The notes under the pieces: model-generated
Told to the model about the DNA's origin: nothing
What the model saw: only the letters and a program-made list of their open reading frames with translations
Databases searched by the model: none
DNA from: Isurus oxyrinchus
Lineage: Eukaryota
Assembly: GCA_026770705.1 (NCBI GenBank)
Contig: JANJGN010000035.1
Location: 7,254,001 to 7,318,000 of the forward strand
Reading direction: 5' to 3'
Length of the DNA: 64,000 nucleotides
Made by a program: the position numbers and the translations under genes
Shown here: piece by piece, positions 25,139 through 38,785 of the stretch
How positions within the stretch are numbered: the first letter of the stretch is position 1
Layout of the letters: every line of letters begins with the position of its first letter

Positions 25139-25518
25139 GGGGCGGCAGTGGCATTAGGTTAATATCATTAGACCCGTATTCAAACGTCTTGGGGTTATCC
25201 TCTGAGGCAAGGATTCGAATGCCAGCACAGCAAATGGTGATTTTTTTTTAAATGAGTAATAAATGAAACTCTGTAATTTCAAATCTTTTGATTACCATGG
25301 AACAAATGCCTATCGGTGTAAAATCGGAACTGGTTCACTAATATCCATTGTGGAAGGAAATCTGTTCTTGTTACCTGCTCTGACTCACATGTGAATCCAG
25401 TCACAGCAGTGTAGCGATTCTTAAAAAAAAATATTCCCCCTGGAAAAGGGCAATTCTTGATGGGCAATAACTGTTGGCCAGGCCTGCAATTCCCAGGTCA
25501 CATGAATGGATAAATAAA
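25139..25518 (+). mobile_element. tRNA-derived SINE with CR1-shared 3' tail
   Basis: A-box-like tggcattagg, B-box-like gattcgaatgcc, body ctggttcactaatatcc..ggaaggaaatctg, tail gggcaattcttgatgggcaataa shared with CR1 3' ends in this window. Confidence 0.75.
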
Positions 25519-25539
25519 TGTTTTTGTTTTTCACTTTAT

Positions 25540-26260
25540 TCTGTCTAGCCTTACCAGCTCAGTTATCATGCAATCGAGGAACAGTCGAGGGTCTACTGCA
25601 CCAACATATATTAAAATACTAATTTGTCTACTTCTTTTATTCGAAGAGCAAGGGGACATTACATCTTAGTGAATAACCCATATATATTCAAGAACCTGAT
25701 CCCCTTTAACTTACTTTTTTAGACTATACCTGACTATAACATCCTTGCTAGTAGGTTCTGAGTAAATATGCTTCAAAGCTGCGGTATCCCCCTCCCGTTT
25801 TGTTAGTAGTACAGCCTTTTTACCAAAATTCCCTAAGCTTTTCTACTACTGACATTATCTTATCGTTCAGCTTACAGCAATATGCTTTGAGGAACTTTTG
25901 GCAGCAATAGTATAGCTGACTATTTGCACCTTTTTTATAATTACACTGTCCTTTTTCAAGACTGGAACATATTCTGTCCTCTCCAAATACCTACACCTGC
26001 TTCTGCTCCTCCATTTTCTCTGCGGTTTACAAATGATATTTATTGATCTTAATAACTGATATTAGCTACCCATCTTCCAGGACCGCTGCATGCCATACCA
26101 CAGAAATATTATTGTCTCCCAATTGTTACCTATAACTATTGGATGCTTCCTCGAAGTTTCTCCAGGATTTTGAGCTCACTCACAGCCTCAACATATTTTT
26201 CTAACTTCACTGATCAAAACCAACGATCCACCATATATTACTGTTATTTATATTTTTGCA
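25540..26260 (-). mobile_element. Decayed CR1 internal fragment
   Basis: Degenerate CR1 RT-region sequence on the minus strand. Confidence 0.45.
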
Positions 26261-26329
26261 ATTGTTCCATTCAGACTTTTCCTGAATAGTTCTTTACGAG
26301 TACCAGGCTTGAGTTTTGTTGTAAAAGCG

Positions 26330-28490
26330 ACAATTTTAAGCCTTTCGTCTTCCACTCCTCGCGGAACCTCTCAGAAAATGCATCATAAACGCTAAAACGA
26401 GAATGTATACCTTTCGATAAGAGATTCCTGATCGTTTGGTAAGTCGATGCATTGACTTGGAGAATGCATCAGTTTGTAGTGACTAGCAGCTAAGTGCCAA
26501 ATATTGTTTGAAATTAAATCAGGCAAGTTGATTCTAATTTGCAAAGGCATTGGCCCGTGGAATGATTCAGCGAATGGCTATACTTAATATGTTTAAATAA
26601 AGCAGTGGGAATCTTGGTACATGTTCTCTCTGGGAGGAAAGAATATGGCCCTGCGTGTTAATGCATGGAGCTCTCATTACACACAATTGCCTGACTTACA
26701 ATCTTACATTGTTTGGCACTCAGTTCTTAGCAACAACGAGGATTATTCAGTGAATGTCCACTCCTTGAAAAACATTAATACAGGACACTATTTACAGAGT
26801 TTGATTACCACGGGCTGGTTGGATACGGTTTTCATCTTGTCCGATGAGAATAGCAGCTGGGGCATGCTGCTTGACGTGATGTGCTAGTCTTTGGTACGTA
26901 CGACCGAAAAACATATCATTACAATGAAACTGAAATTCATGTGCCACATTTCTCATTTGTGTGATAGGCAGAACAGCGTTGTGGCTTGACGAGAGCATCC
27001 TGTTTCTGGAGAATACCACTCGGGTTGCTCCTGCATAACAGCAGCGTGAAAGACCTGCCTTCAACTGCTGCTCAAAGTTTTGGCAGAACTTGCACTTCCA
27101 GGATAATCTGATGTTGACTAGGCACGTTCCAGAGCCCAAAATCACGTTCCGGGGCCTATTCATGAGGCGGTGTTATACACACCGCGAAATCACCTGACCA
27201 ATCGAGCCATTATTTTGCAGGATGCCTTTGATGGTCGCTAATTCAGCAGCAAACGTCTATGTAGAGCAACATTCACCGGCTATATTTAAAAGATTGCCAG
27301 TAACACCAATATTAATCCGTGTGGCAATGTAAGAATGCGAATGCATACATTGCTCAGAGAAGGAAAGAATGCACCAGAAGGTGGTAGAGAATCCCCTGCA
27401 GATTTTGTAACCAATATGTCAAGGAGTGGGACTCTTTTGAATGCTCCGTTTGAAAGATGAATTTGAGTGCTAAATGAAGCCCATTTATAGATGAAACTAA
27501 ATTATTACATGCAGTTGCAAATTAAAAGATAAAGAAGGTATCATCCATATAATGGCAATGTGACAGGCATAGGAGTTTGGGTGGCAACACATTTAATACA
27601 CGTTTCTCATGGAACGTAACAAAGTGGTATGCCAAAGCTGGGCCTACAGGGGAACCCATTGCAGCATCATCAAATTGAGAATACCTACTGTCGTTAAAAC
27701 TGAAGTCAACTGCACACATTGCCATGTTGATAACTTCAATGAATACTGATCCACAGAATGGTTTTGGGTTTAGTTCGTAATGATATCGTGCTGCAACCCA
27801 CATATCAATGGCTTCCTTTAGTGAAACATTGGTGAATAGGCTAGCGATGTCAATAAGCGCATGGATACAACATCGCTGTCGATGTTGTGTACTAAGTTAC
27901 TTGAAGTCTACGTATCTTTTTTACAAAAGAAGTTAATTGTCTGCATCGGGTCATACTTGGTGCTTTGTTAAATATCTTAAATTGTGCATCTCCTGGCGTT
28001 CGGCCTTTACTAACAGCAGGGAGGTGGACAACCATATAATCTCATTAGCCCAGTGCATTTTACCCTGTATTGTATTCGGTAACCTGTTTGAGTCATTTAG
28101 AATGCGTTTGAAAAATTTGCCCAAAACTGGTTGAAACAATTCTCGCAAACATTTGGTGAATTCATGGTGCACAGAACTGGTCATGGATAAGATACGGCGT
28201 AAATGGACATCACTCTGCAGTGGCTAGGGCAGACCATTGATAAGCCATTCAAACATTCCTTGACAACCAATCAGTACTCTCTTCTCATGCAGGGTGAATT
28301 GCTGGTTTTCCCTTTATATCAGTATTCTTGGGAAGTGCCCTGGAGATTGCGACAGGGAATGCTTCGACATGTGTTCTCTTTTGAGTCAGAAACTTGAGCA
28401 AATATGCATCAGAGCAAGAGAGGAGCAATTATTTGCCAGAGCTTTAAGTCTCTCATAACTTGAAGATAATAATTCTTGAAATATGCACCT
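26330..28490 (-). mobile_element. Decayed Penelope-like retroelement (RT + GIY-YIG endonuclease)
   Basis: FSFNDSRYSQFDDAAMGSPVGPALA...HYMDDTF (PLE RT) followed by NVAHEFQFHCNDMFFGRTYQRLAHHVKQH (GIY-YIG: VVY...C.C...YVGRT..RL..RI..H). Confidence 0.9.
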
Positions 28491-28517
28491 CTGGACTTCA
28501 AACCAAAATAAGAGGCC

Positions 28518-29204
28518 ATGGCTAAGATTTTTAGCATGCCGGTGATTCCCTTCCTACCAGCCAGAGTCGTTGGAGATCACATCTCCACCAATTGTGCATG
28601 TTCTGCAGCTATTTCTCTCTCCAACGAATACGCGGAACCTGAAGTCGGCTGCACTAAGTCCTTGGTGCTAATTCCTGGGATTCCATGACCAGGCGAATTT
28701 TGAGTTTTTCAGGGGGGCGAAGGTATTTTTAGTCCAGGGTGGGGGTGGGGGTGGTAGGAGTGGGGAGGGAGAAGTGGTGGGTGGCATAGGGGGTTGGGGG
28801 TGTATGTCGAAAGGCAGGGGGGAACAGCTTCGTATTTACGAGCGTGAATATGAAGTTTCCAGAACGTTTCTTGGGGCCCTCGTTATGTAAAGGAGACAGC
28901 TGATGGGAGCAGTCACTCCTCTCCCCGTCCAGGGATGCAACGTGCATATTTTATGTAAATTCCTCTCTCCATAACTCCTCCTCGTAGCATGATAATTGAG
29001 GATGGGTGTGCTATTGCAGATTATTGTTAATTTAAGGAAAGCAATTTAGGAGAACGGTGGTTGGACGGGCCCAGACATGCTCCAACCACGCGTAAAATTG
29101 CAGAGTGGCCTGGGTGTGTGTGAATCCCTTTTGAATGCAGTTCAAGAAATTTAACAATCTCCACCACTTAAGAGCCACCGGTGCGACAAGCTAAAATCCT
29201 GCCC
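28518..29204. mobile_element. GC-rich non-autonomous TIR element (Harbinger-like, tentative)
   Basis: Degenerate inverted ends tggctaagatttt / aaaatcctgccc around a G-run-rich interior. Confidence 0.4.
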
Positions 29205-30059
29205 CATATTTACTTTTATCTTTGCAGCCCTCTTTTCAAATTGGATGAAATATTTCTCAACTGTATTTCAAAGGAATTTCGGCAGTATGCAGAGACTCTT
29301 TGCTACATCAGAGTTCTAGGTAAGACTTGTTTTTCACATCCGAAATACCAGACCATCACACGGTATCCTAAACATTTACCTTGCCAGTTGTTGCTGTCTG
29401 GTTTCCTTTCCCTTTTGAAAATCAAACTTTCACATTTCTGTTTCTTTATCCTCTCTCTATAATTTGTACATTTTCATTACCTTATTTATTTTTTTTCTCT
29501 CAAGCTGCTTCACCTATAAATTCTAGGTAACTCAAGAAAATTGCTATCTGGATTTTTTTTTTTACTTCTACTAGTCTCAAAGTGTGCGCTATTAGCTCTG
29601 TCACGTCTACTTTCTTAACACGTTATTTTATTTTCAACTCCAACTATTTTGCTATTTCAATCCACCTAACAGCCGTTATTCATTGAAAATCACAGAGATT
29701 GATCTTCCATCTCTTCAAAAGTCTCAGCAATTGACAAAACAAACATTGTAATTTCAGTTATCTAAGCTCACGGTGGATTTTAAAAATTCAATTTTAACCT
29801 TAGACAAACCAGCACTCATGTTTTTTCTGTGGGTTTGACATAGCGCAAGAGACCTCAGTCCAGGTCCAAAATCTGCTTAGATCTTGTTCAGGGCCAATAT
29901 TTTTTTTAAAGCACAATTAGATTGAGATTCAGGACACTTACGGAGTTAAGAAACCAATAAAATGCCATGGGCTTTGATGAAGCAAGCAAAAAAATACTTT
30001 AACATAAAATGTCAGAATTTAAAACATTTGGCAACAGGTGCCTTGTAATGTTACACTTA

Positions 30060-31170
30060 GGGTTGCTATGAGGAGAGGTGAGGGTGACAGACCTTTTCAT
30101 TAAGGCCGCAACTGACCGAATGTGAATCGGGGAGATCTTGATAAACTGGAGTTAATGGGAATCAATGGAAAACCACTCCACTGTTTGAAATGATAACTAA
30201 CACAAAGGAAGATGTTCATGCGATCAATCATTTAAGTTCCATGTCCTCATGGATGGAGTTGCATAGGGGAGTGTCCTAGCTCCAAACATCTTCAGATGCT
30301 GCAGCAAAAACCTTTAATCCATTATAAGGTCAGAAGTGCTATGTTGTCCGATGATTGCAACATATTTAGCACAATTTGAGAATCCACAGGCACTGAGTAG
30401 CCCAAGGCGAAATGCAGAAAGGCGAAGATAATGTCTAGCCTTAGACGAAGTGTCCAATAAGATTCACATCACAGAAGAGCCAGATGCTTGAAATTCAGTG
30501 ACACTGAAATCGCTAAATCCCCCATTCTGTAGCGTTACCATGGACTTGAAAGAGAACTGTACTAGCTATATAACTTCTGTGGCTAAAAGAGCATATCTGA
30601 GGATAAGTTTCCTGTGTCAAGTAAGTCAGCTCCTCACTCCCCAAATGCGGTCCTTCAGCTGCAAGACAGATGTCATGATTTTGAGGGAATACAGTCCTCT
30701 TGCCTGGATGTGTGCAGCTCAAACAGTGCTCAAGAAGCTTGACAAATGATCATGGTTTATTGGCACACATAAACATTCACTCCTATAGTGGCAGAAAAGC
30801 CTACCATCTGCAAGATCCACTGCAGGGCCTCAGGAAGTCTCCTTAAGCAGCATATTCCAAACCACGATTGCTACCACCTAGAAGGACGAAGGCAACAGAC
30901 AGATAACAACAGCATCACCTGTAAGTTCTCCTACAAGGCAATACTCATCCCGATTTCCTTCACTGTTGCTGTGTCCAAATCCTTGATAACCCGCCATAAA
31001 AAAGCATGGGGGTTGAAGTGTGGGGGGGGGGGGGGAGGCGGATATATCTACACAAACATGAGGTGCAGCGGTTCATGAAGCATGACTACCATGAGCTTAC
31101 CTAGGGCTATTAGTTATCGACAATACATGCTTGTCTTGCCATCCACGCCCACATCTCGTGAAAGAATTAA
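30060..31170 (+). mobile_element. Decayed CR1-type LINE (second family), RT to tail
   Basis: ggagttgcataggggagtgtcctag (GVPQGSVL), REYSPLAWMCAAQTVLKKLD, tail atccacgcccacatctcgtgaaagaa. Confidence 0.8.
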
Positions 31171-33339
31171 TAGAACAAAACATGTAAATAGAAGGATAAG
31201 CTTCTGCCGGATACACCAAACTATATAACAGGATGACACATGCAACAAAAATTAATCCCATGGATTTTTCAACAAATGCACTCGATGTTATTTGCCTTCA
31301 TAGTCAAGCAATATCGCTGAAAATCTGTGTGGCTATGTGTCCTTCCAACGCTCATTTTAAAAAGGCTGCTCTTCGATTTCTGTCTAAATGTATTTCCTTT
31401 TCAGATGGCATCAACAGCGGCACGCCTCGCAGGTTTTCACTAATGCATTCTAAGGTTGCATAAATCTGGATTGCCGAGTTCAGTTACTCAGCAACCTGGA
31501 CTACAGCACCTGACGAAGGCAGCTCACCACGGCATTCTAAAATGCAACCGATTAACACAATGGGATGGCTTCAGCGATCTTTGATCTCACCTCCTAAATT
31601 CCATTCCACGGGATTCCCAAGCATACATCCAAGCACCAACGTTCTTCAAAATACCAGATATTTGGCCGTGCCCGACAGAACGTTACATCTCCAAATTGTA
31701 CCATTGGCCCCAATGCCCTTGTTCAAATACCAGAGATCGCACTGAGACATTTCTCCACAATGTCAGCTCCACTTAACACATTCTCTAACGTGGAGTCTAT
31801 GTAGCTATTCTATCTGCTTCTACCTTTTAACAGATCATAACTTTGAACGGTTTCTCTCCCCTGACATTGTCCCTTGCCTGGGAATCCATTTTGTGGCCAC
31901 CCAGATCGAAGTCTCTTGTCCTCAGTCCGGCAGCTATTGAGACCTCTCCCTATCAGCCTCCCAACAGCGCCCCCCTCCCCACCCCCGCCATGATCGACTG
32001 CAAGGGCACTTTATGTGGCCTCTCCTACTCCTCTCTCTGACCATCTGTTTGAGACAATTTTATTGATCTCTCACTGTCCCTTTCCCTTACCCACTGTCTG
32101 AAACAGTTGCTGGGACCTTTTGATTTTCCTGTTCCTTGTCACCTGTGTCGAATATTTACTAGGTCCGGCACTGGGTTTTGGAACCTTATTTCTATTTTTT
32201 AAGTACATACACAGGACCGTTCGTGGGCCTGATTAACATAACCATGAAGATTGGTCATTGCACCCAAAGCTCCCAGCCTTTCCATGCAGAGAATTCCAGA
32301 GTTTATTCCCAAAGGTAAGCTTCCAAATTTCGAACTCATGAATGGAACTATGAGCTTCATAACTATCACTTAATTGTTTTATTTCTCCACACATCTACTA
32401 CTCGCCATCCATTGTACTGCATAATGAATACTGCATAAAGGAAGCAAACTGATTGAAATATAAGTAAATCAACGTCAACTTTAAGAAGCATTTGAGGTCT
32501 TATAAGTTGAGAGAGTAGAAAGTAAGCTAACAATAATTGCCACCCCCTCCACTGGTAAGAAAAGCTGCAAAAGTTGCATGCCTAGCTGGGTCTCCCGGCT
32601 GATTGTGAGCAAGCTCGCCCCTATTGCCTAGCATAAAGATTATTCATCATATTTCTGAGATTATTGATGATATAAATGTTACACTTTTCAATTCGGATTC
32701 TGAATGGAGACCATAAGCTGCAAAAGTCTAATCATGAAATGAGAGATTGTATTGCTACTACTTGGGAATTTGTAGCCTGTTTGATATCAGTTTAAACCGT
32801 GGTTACCTATTGACAGCAATCAAATTGTGTCTCCAGTTTCAACCCACAGCCAAACATTCAAAATTACTGTATTCAACTTCTAACCTGACTGTTGTAATGT
32901 CACAAGAAAGAACATCTTTGTCTCAATGCTCTGCTTAAATTTTGGCTGATTAACCTTGCTGCGTTTCTTCCGAAGTTGTAATGGGCGTTTTGTAAAAGAT
33001 TACTTACAGGCACCTCATCCACTTGATTAGGCCAGTCAGCCAACTGAAAAGCACGCCGTCAAAAATGTGGGCCTGCACAGTTTAAAATGTATATTATTGT
33101 ATGGTTTTCTTGTGAATAGGCTTTAAATATAACTTGTGTAAAGTCACCTGGGAATATTGAAATGCACATAGTTAAGGAAACTGTATGTTACATTTAACAA
33201 TCCGCTCCTAGAGAGGTGCAGAGGTTTTTCTTGTGCTGTTACCTTACTGGTACCTACGATGCACATTTCAAAAAATACGCCCACCATCCACCCCCCAAGT
33301 CCTCCATTCCCATCACACCTGCTGATGTATGATGGTGGA

Positions 33340-34200
33340 AAATTAAACAACCCATTGACGGAGGAAACTTAACATGTATTCTTAGCCTCAATTTGGGTGG
33401 AACACAGTGAATATGAGCAAGAAGCCAGGTGAAGCATTTTCAACCATCTACAAACCGGCGTAACCAGTCGGTACTTTCTATCTGCCTCACCCTAAAATCC
33501 CCAGCATCAATGATGGCAATACTCAGCTAATTCGAATCTCTCAAGGTAACATCCAAAACTGTTGGACAGCCTGGATACTCCAAATATTATTGGCCCTGGT
33601 AAATACCCGAAATATTATTTTAGACTTGAGCTTCAGAAACAGGTCTACTGTTAGGCTAGTTGATCCAACACTGCTACAAGAATGTGATCTACCCAGAAAT
33701 GTGGAATATTAACCAGATATATGCTATCCACAAAAGAAACTAGACAAATGCAATATTGTCAATTGTCACCCAGTAGTCTATTTCATGTCATTGGCAAAGA
33801 AATTTAATGAACCTCTGACACTGCTGGTAAGCAGCACTTACTCAACAATAACCTGCTGAATGATGTTCGGATGTTTTCCACCAGGTACACTTTGCTCCCC
33901 ACCTCCATGCATTCTCAGCCCTAACATGGGCAAAACAATTGAACTCAAAAGAGGAGTGTGGGTTGCTGCTATTGCAGTAAAGGCAGCATTTAACAGAACT
34001 TGCAAAATGTAAGTCATTAAAAAGCAACAGGATAACTCTCTAATGTTTAATAAGATATGTAGCATAACGGAAAAAATGTTGTTTTTGTTGGAAACCAGCA
34101 ATCTCAGTCGCAGAATGTCGCTGATAGAATTCCTCAGGGTAGAAGCCTAAGCATCTTTAGCTGTTTCCTCACTTGCTTGTGCGCTATCATGAGTTCTAAA
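33340..34200 (+). mobile_element. Decayed CR1-type LINE RT N-terminal fragment
   Basis: gatctacccagaaatgtggaatatt, cacaaaagaaactagacaaat, attcctcagggtagaagcctaagc match the second family. Confidence 0.65.
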
Positions 34201-34533
34201 CTTGGTATATGGAGAACTTATCCAAGTAAAGTTAAAGTTAATAAACTGACCTCTAAATCCACGGTACATGTAGTGTTGTCCCCACCGCACACCCCCCATT
34301 CCACCAAAGTTCCCATTGGATATCTGTTGATGATCTCGGAACAAGTCGTATAGCCTTTTTTTTTTCTCTGCAACGTCACTGCTTGAACTCTGTGATTTTT
34401 TTTTTCTCCCTGCATTGTCTGCCTTTATTTAAGAGTTCCAACATGCCGAAATTATTATCCTTTCTTCAAGGGAATTTCGTTAAGTTAATAGTCTTGCAGT
34501 GAACAATGTTAAAATATTACTTCTTTTTTTCAG

Positions 34534-34870
34534 GAACGACTAATCATATTTTAGCCATCTGCAAGACCATTACATTCTGCCTTAAGGTGGTTTCGTTGAA
34601 GAAAAATATATCCCTCCCAGATAACGGAATTTAAAACGAAAATCAATCAGGGCTGTTTTTATTTTCGCATTTTTCCAATGCTTTGTCTTTAAAAGAAATT
34701 GATGAAACTCAGGAACAATTTTACAAAATTGCATACCTCTAGCAACTCTCAAGTCGGGAAGTTTGCCTTGCAGTCAGCATCATGATGAGGCAGTGTTGGG
34801 AAGAGTGTCCTTCATTCAGCATCACAGTGAAGCACACAATTCAAGAGATGTCAGCACAAAGAACTTAATG
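34534..34870 (+). pseudogene. Decayed C1-set constant exon (TCR/IgH-like)
   Basis: Strong acceptor ttcttttttttcag and donor G|gtgagt, 337 nt; IYPSQ...GCFYFRIFP (C to P 7) and WEECPSFSITVKH (exact W..G..F.C.V.H spacing, with G and C substituted). Confidence 0.5.
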
Positions 34871-34899
34871 GTGAGTAGTGGGTAATTATTTGAAACAGT

Positions 34900-37800
34900 T
34901 TTGCTTCCGATTTCCTCCAGTTTCAAACAGGTTAAGCAAAGGCAAGTTGGAGGCTCCAGTTTTTCCTTGAAGTGCAAATAAATGATTTAACTTTGTTTAA
35001 TGTATTTCACGTAAAGTAAGGATTATTTTTTTCCAACTAGAGTCATGCCTGGGAAGTGCAGTACCTTCTCATGAAACGCCTGCAACATGTGCGAAGTCCA
35101 AGACGATCCTTGCCAACTGACCAACCACGTGTGCAGGAAGCACCACCAGCTGCAGATGACTAAGCTCTGAGTTTCGGAGCCCGAATAGCAGCTGTAGGCC
35201 AAGAGTTTCGAAAGTAGGGAGTTCTGAGCCGTGGGCAACACACATTTTAGGAAAGTGCAGACCGATAGGGAATGGGTGACGATCAGTCAGAAGAAAGGTG
35301 TTAGGCAGTTTGTCACGAAATCCCGAGGATGCATCTCGCTCGGGAAACGTTTTTTTTGGTGCTGAAAAACGGTGACAGTAACAGTTCCTCTTTGGACTGC
35401 TGCCAAGCTCAATGCACGGGGCTCAGCTGCACGGGGGGAGGAAAAAGAGGGGATAATAACAGGAACAGACAGGCGTTTCTGTGGACGTGGATGTAACTCC
35501 AGCATGGCATGTTGCCTCCGCAGTTCCAGGGTCAAGGATGTTACTGAACGGCTGCTGGGCAAGACAAACAGGTGGAGGCTTTGGTACATATTACTACCAA
35601 GGAAAAAGGTACAAATAGGGATGAGGTGCTACAAGGCATAGTTTAGGGAGATTGGAAACAGAAACAAAAAACAGGACCTCAGCGTCAGTAATTACTGGAT
35701 TTCTTCCGGTGTCACATAGCTAGTGACTATACAAACAGAAGGCTGGTCCCGATCACTGCGTGCCTGGAGGGATGGTGCAGGATGGAGTGCTTTAGATTTT
35801 TGGAACATTGGGACCACTTCTGCAGGCAGCAGATCTCTAAAAGGTGAGCAGGTTGCGCTTGAAATGGAATTGAAATAATATCCTTGTGGTGAGGATTGAT
35901 ATTGCTGTTGTGGAGGCTCTAATCCAAATTGGCACGGGTTTGGGGCCGGTTCAGCAGGGGGATGCAGAGTCAACATTAGAAGAGTGAGCCACTGAGACTG
36001 TAACACATATAAAATATCGGCCTGTTAAAGCACAAGGGAGACTAGCAAGTGTGGATGTTATTTATTTTAATTCAAGGAGACTGACAAATAAGGCCAATCG
36101 TTTGAGGGCTTAAAATTAACACATGATATCATTGGTGTTACAGAGATGGGAACGATTGCAGTTCAATATTTCCGGATATATGTTATTCATGCGAAACAGG
36201 GAAGGAGATAAATGAGGAGTGGGTATCGCAATATTGATCATGGAATCAATTACAGCAGCAAGGAGGGATGATATCTTAGAAGGCTCAGCAAATGACGCCA
36301 TATGCTTAGAACTGAAAACCAAAACATGAACAATCACAAACAGCCAGAGAAAAAAGAAAGTGGAGCAGCTATGGAGTCAAACTTCCGAGAAGCGTTACAA
36401 TAATCAGGTAGTAGTAGAGGGGGATTTTAAATCCGCAAAGATTAACTGGTTTAATCATAGTATGATAGTTTTAGAGGGAGCAGAATACTTAAAGTGCATC
36501 CAACGGAGCGTTATCAGCCATCATGTAGGAGGTACCACAAGAGAGGGGGCGGCCCTGGAATTAATTATAGGGAATATAGCCGGGCAAGTTTTAAAGGTAT
36601 CAATGTGAGGCGGCGGGGGGTTAGCTTTTTGAGGATTGTGATTTCAACTCCGTTAGATTCAATGTTATTGTGGAGAAAGACAAGGATGGGGCAGAAATCC
36701 TAGTTCTTAATTTGGGGTAAAAGGCCGACTTTGATAAGATCAGATATCATTTGGCACAGTGGATTTGGTAGCTGCATCCTTTAGGTCTATCTAAGTGAGA
36801 GCATGGAGATTCGGTCAGGAATGAAAATGGGTGAATACAGGCCCAACATATTCCAGTAATAACAAAGCGTGGGACGAGAAAATACAGGGAAAACTGGATT
36901 TAAATGAACATACAGGATTGTATGAAGAGAAAAAGCGAGACTTTGGCTGAAACCAAGTGCTCAAAACAGCAGAAGGCCTAAGGGAGTGCAGCTTGTGTAG
37001 GGGGGAACAAAAAAAAATGTAACGAGATGACCAAAAACAGGGGCATGAATAAAATGGCAGGTAAAATTACAGGAAAATAGGAAGTAATTTCACAAGTACA
37101 TTCAGAGTGCCAGGATTCGAGCAGAAGAGTAGAGCCCATTAAGGTCCATTGCCATAACTTGTGTGTGGAGCCAAAAGACGTAGGCAGGGTTCTAAATGAA
37201 TACTTTGCGGCGGTTTTCACAAGACAGAGTGGCGACGTAGGTATGGGCATCATGCAGAAGGAGTGTGATATAATTTTTAAAAATTGCTTAGAAAGCGAGT
37301 ATGTTCTAAATGCTGTGGAATGCTCAAGAGCAAATGCATTTCGAGGCCCCTTAGAAACGTATCACAGTCTGTTGAGTGAGGCCAGGGAAGAGATAGCAGG
37401 GGCGCTGACAAAAAATTGCCAATTCTTTCTGGCCACAGAAAAGTTGCTAGCGGGCTGGAGGACAGAAAATGTGGCACTGTTATTCAGGAAGAGAGGAAGC
37501 ACTAAACCAGACAGTCAGTGCTGCAGAAACTTTGGGAAGCAATTCTGAGGGGAAATAATTAATCTACACGTGCAGACGCAGGAATTAATCAGTGAAAGCC
37601 ATCATGATTTTTATTTTAAGGGGAGTTCATTTCTGAGCTAATTAATTGAATTTTTAGACGAATTGACCAAGCCTGAGATAAGGGCAATGCGTTTTACGTA
37701 GTCCACTTGAACTTCAGCAAGGCTTTTGATGAGATCCCACATCAGAGACTGATGACGAAGGTCAGAACCCATGACGTGCAAGAAAATTTGGTAAATTACA

Positions 37801-38785
37801 CCCAGAATTGTCTGACTGACAATAGCAAAGGGTAATGATGGAGGGGCGTTTTCGTCAATGGACGCCAGCGTACATTGGATTTCCACAGGGATTGTTGTCC
37901 GGCCTTTTGTTGCTTGTGGTATATATAAGTGATTTAGACCTGAATGTAGGAGGGTGATGACACGACAATTGTTGGGGTAGTAAGTAGTGAAGAGGATAGC
38001 CGTAGATTACAGGAGGCTATAGACGGGCTGGTCATAAGGGCTGATTAATGGCAAATGGATTTTAAGCTGTAAATTTGTGAGGTGATGCACTTGGGCAGGA
38101 AAAACAAAGCATGGGAATACACGATTAATGGGATGACCCTGGGAAATACCGAGGATGAAAGGGACTTGCTTGCATACCTACCAGTTCCTTAAGGTAGCGG
38201 AAAATGAAGAAAACCTGGTTATGAAGGCATATCTGTCCTTATTAGCAGCCACATAGAATATAAGTGGAGGGGGGCTATGCTGGAATTGTATAAAACGCTC
38301 GTTAGGCTGTAGTTGGAGTATAGCAGATTCACCAGGATGTTGCCTATGATGTAGAGTTTCTTAATGTGGAGAGCATGGATAGACCTGGATTATTTTCCCC
38401 AAACAGAGGAGATTAAGAACGGTCAGGATTGGATACAGTACATCATCAGCGGCATAGATAGGGGAGACATGAAGGATCGTTTCCCCTCAGTGGAGGGATC
38501 AATGACAAAGAGCATACATTTAAATTAAGGGGCAGTAGGTTTCAAGAAGACCTGAAGGATTTTTTTTTTCACCAATGGCCTCGTGGCAATCCAGAACTCT
38601 CTGCCTGAAAGTGTGGTAGAGGCTTAAACCTTCACAACGTTTAAGGTGTATTTGGATATGCGCTTCCAATGCCATGATGTGCAAGGTTATGTGCCTAGTG
38701 CAGGATAACTGGAATAGAACATTTAGCTACATGTTTGCAAGGCAAATACTTATTCAGTGCTGGAGTCCTGTATGAGTTTCCATTA
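34900..38785 (+). mobile_element. Near full-length decayed CR1 LINE (ORF1 Zn-finger/leucine zipper/esterase + ORF2 APE-RT)
   Basis: ORF1 start ACNMCEV...HVCRKHHQLQ (~35045), MACCLRSSRVKDVTERL (esterase), VVVEGDFKSAKINW...TREGAALELIIGN (APE), VLNEYFAAVFT, FSKAFD (RT), CR1 tail. Confidence 0.9.

Noticed and set aside
28738-28802. G-run tracts (also 49474-49520) as G-quadruplexes
   Set aside because: Lie inside repeats; no evidence of function
34440-34500. J-like FLQG...KLIVL before the C exon
   Set aside because: Wrong spacing and only ~35 nt from the acceptor
34823-34850. CACAGTG heptamer as a possible RSS
   Set aside because: No nonamer at 12 or 23 spacing and it lies inside a C-like exon; no convincing RSS was found anywhere by eye
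34770-34860. MMRQCWEECPSF resembles kinase subdomain XI
   Set aside because: No other kinase motifs; C1 F-strand spacing and exon size fit better
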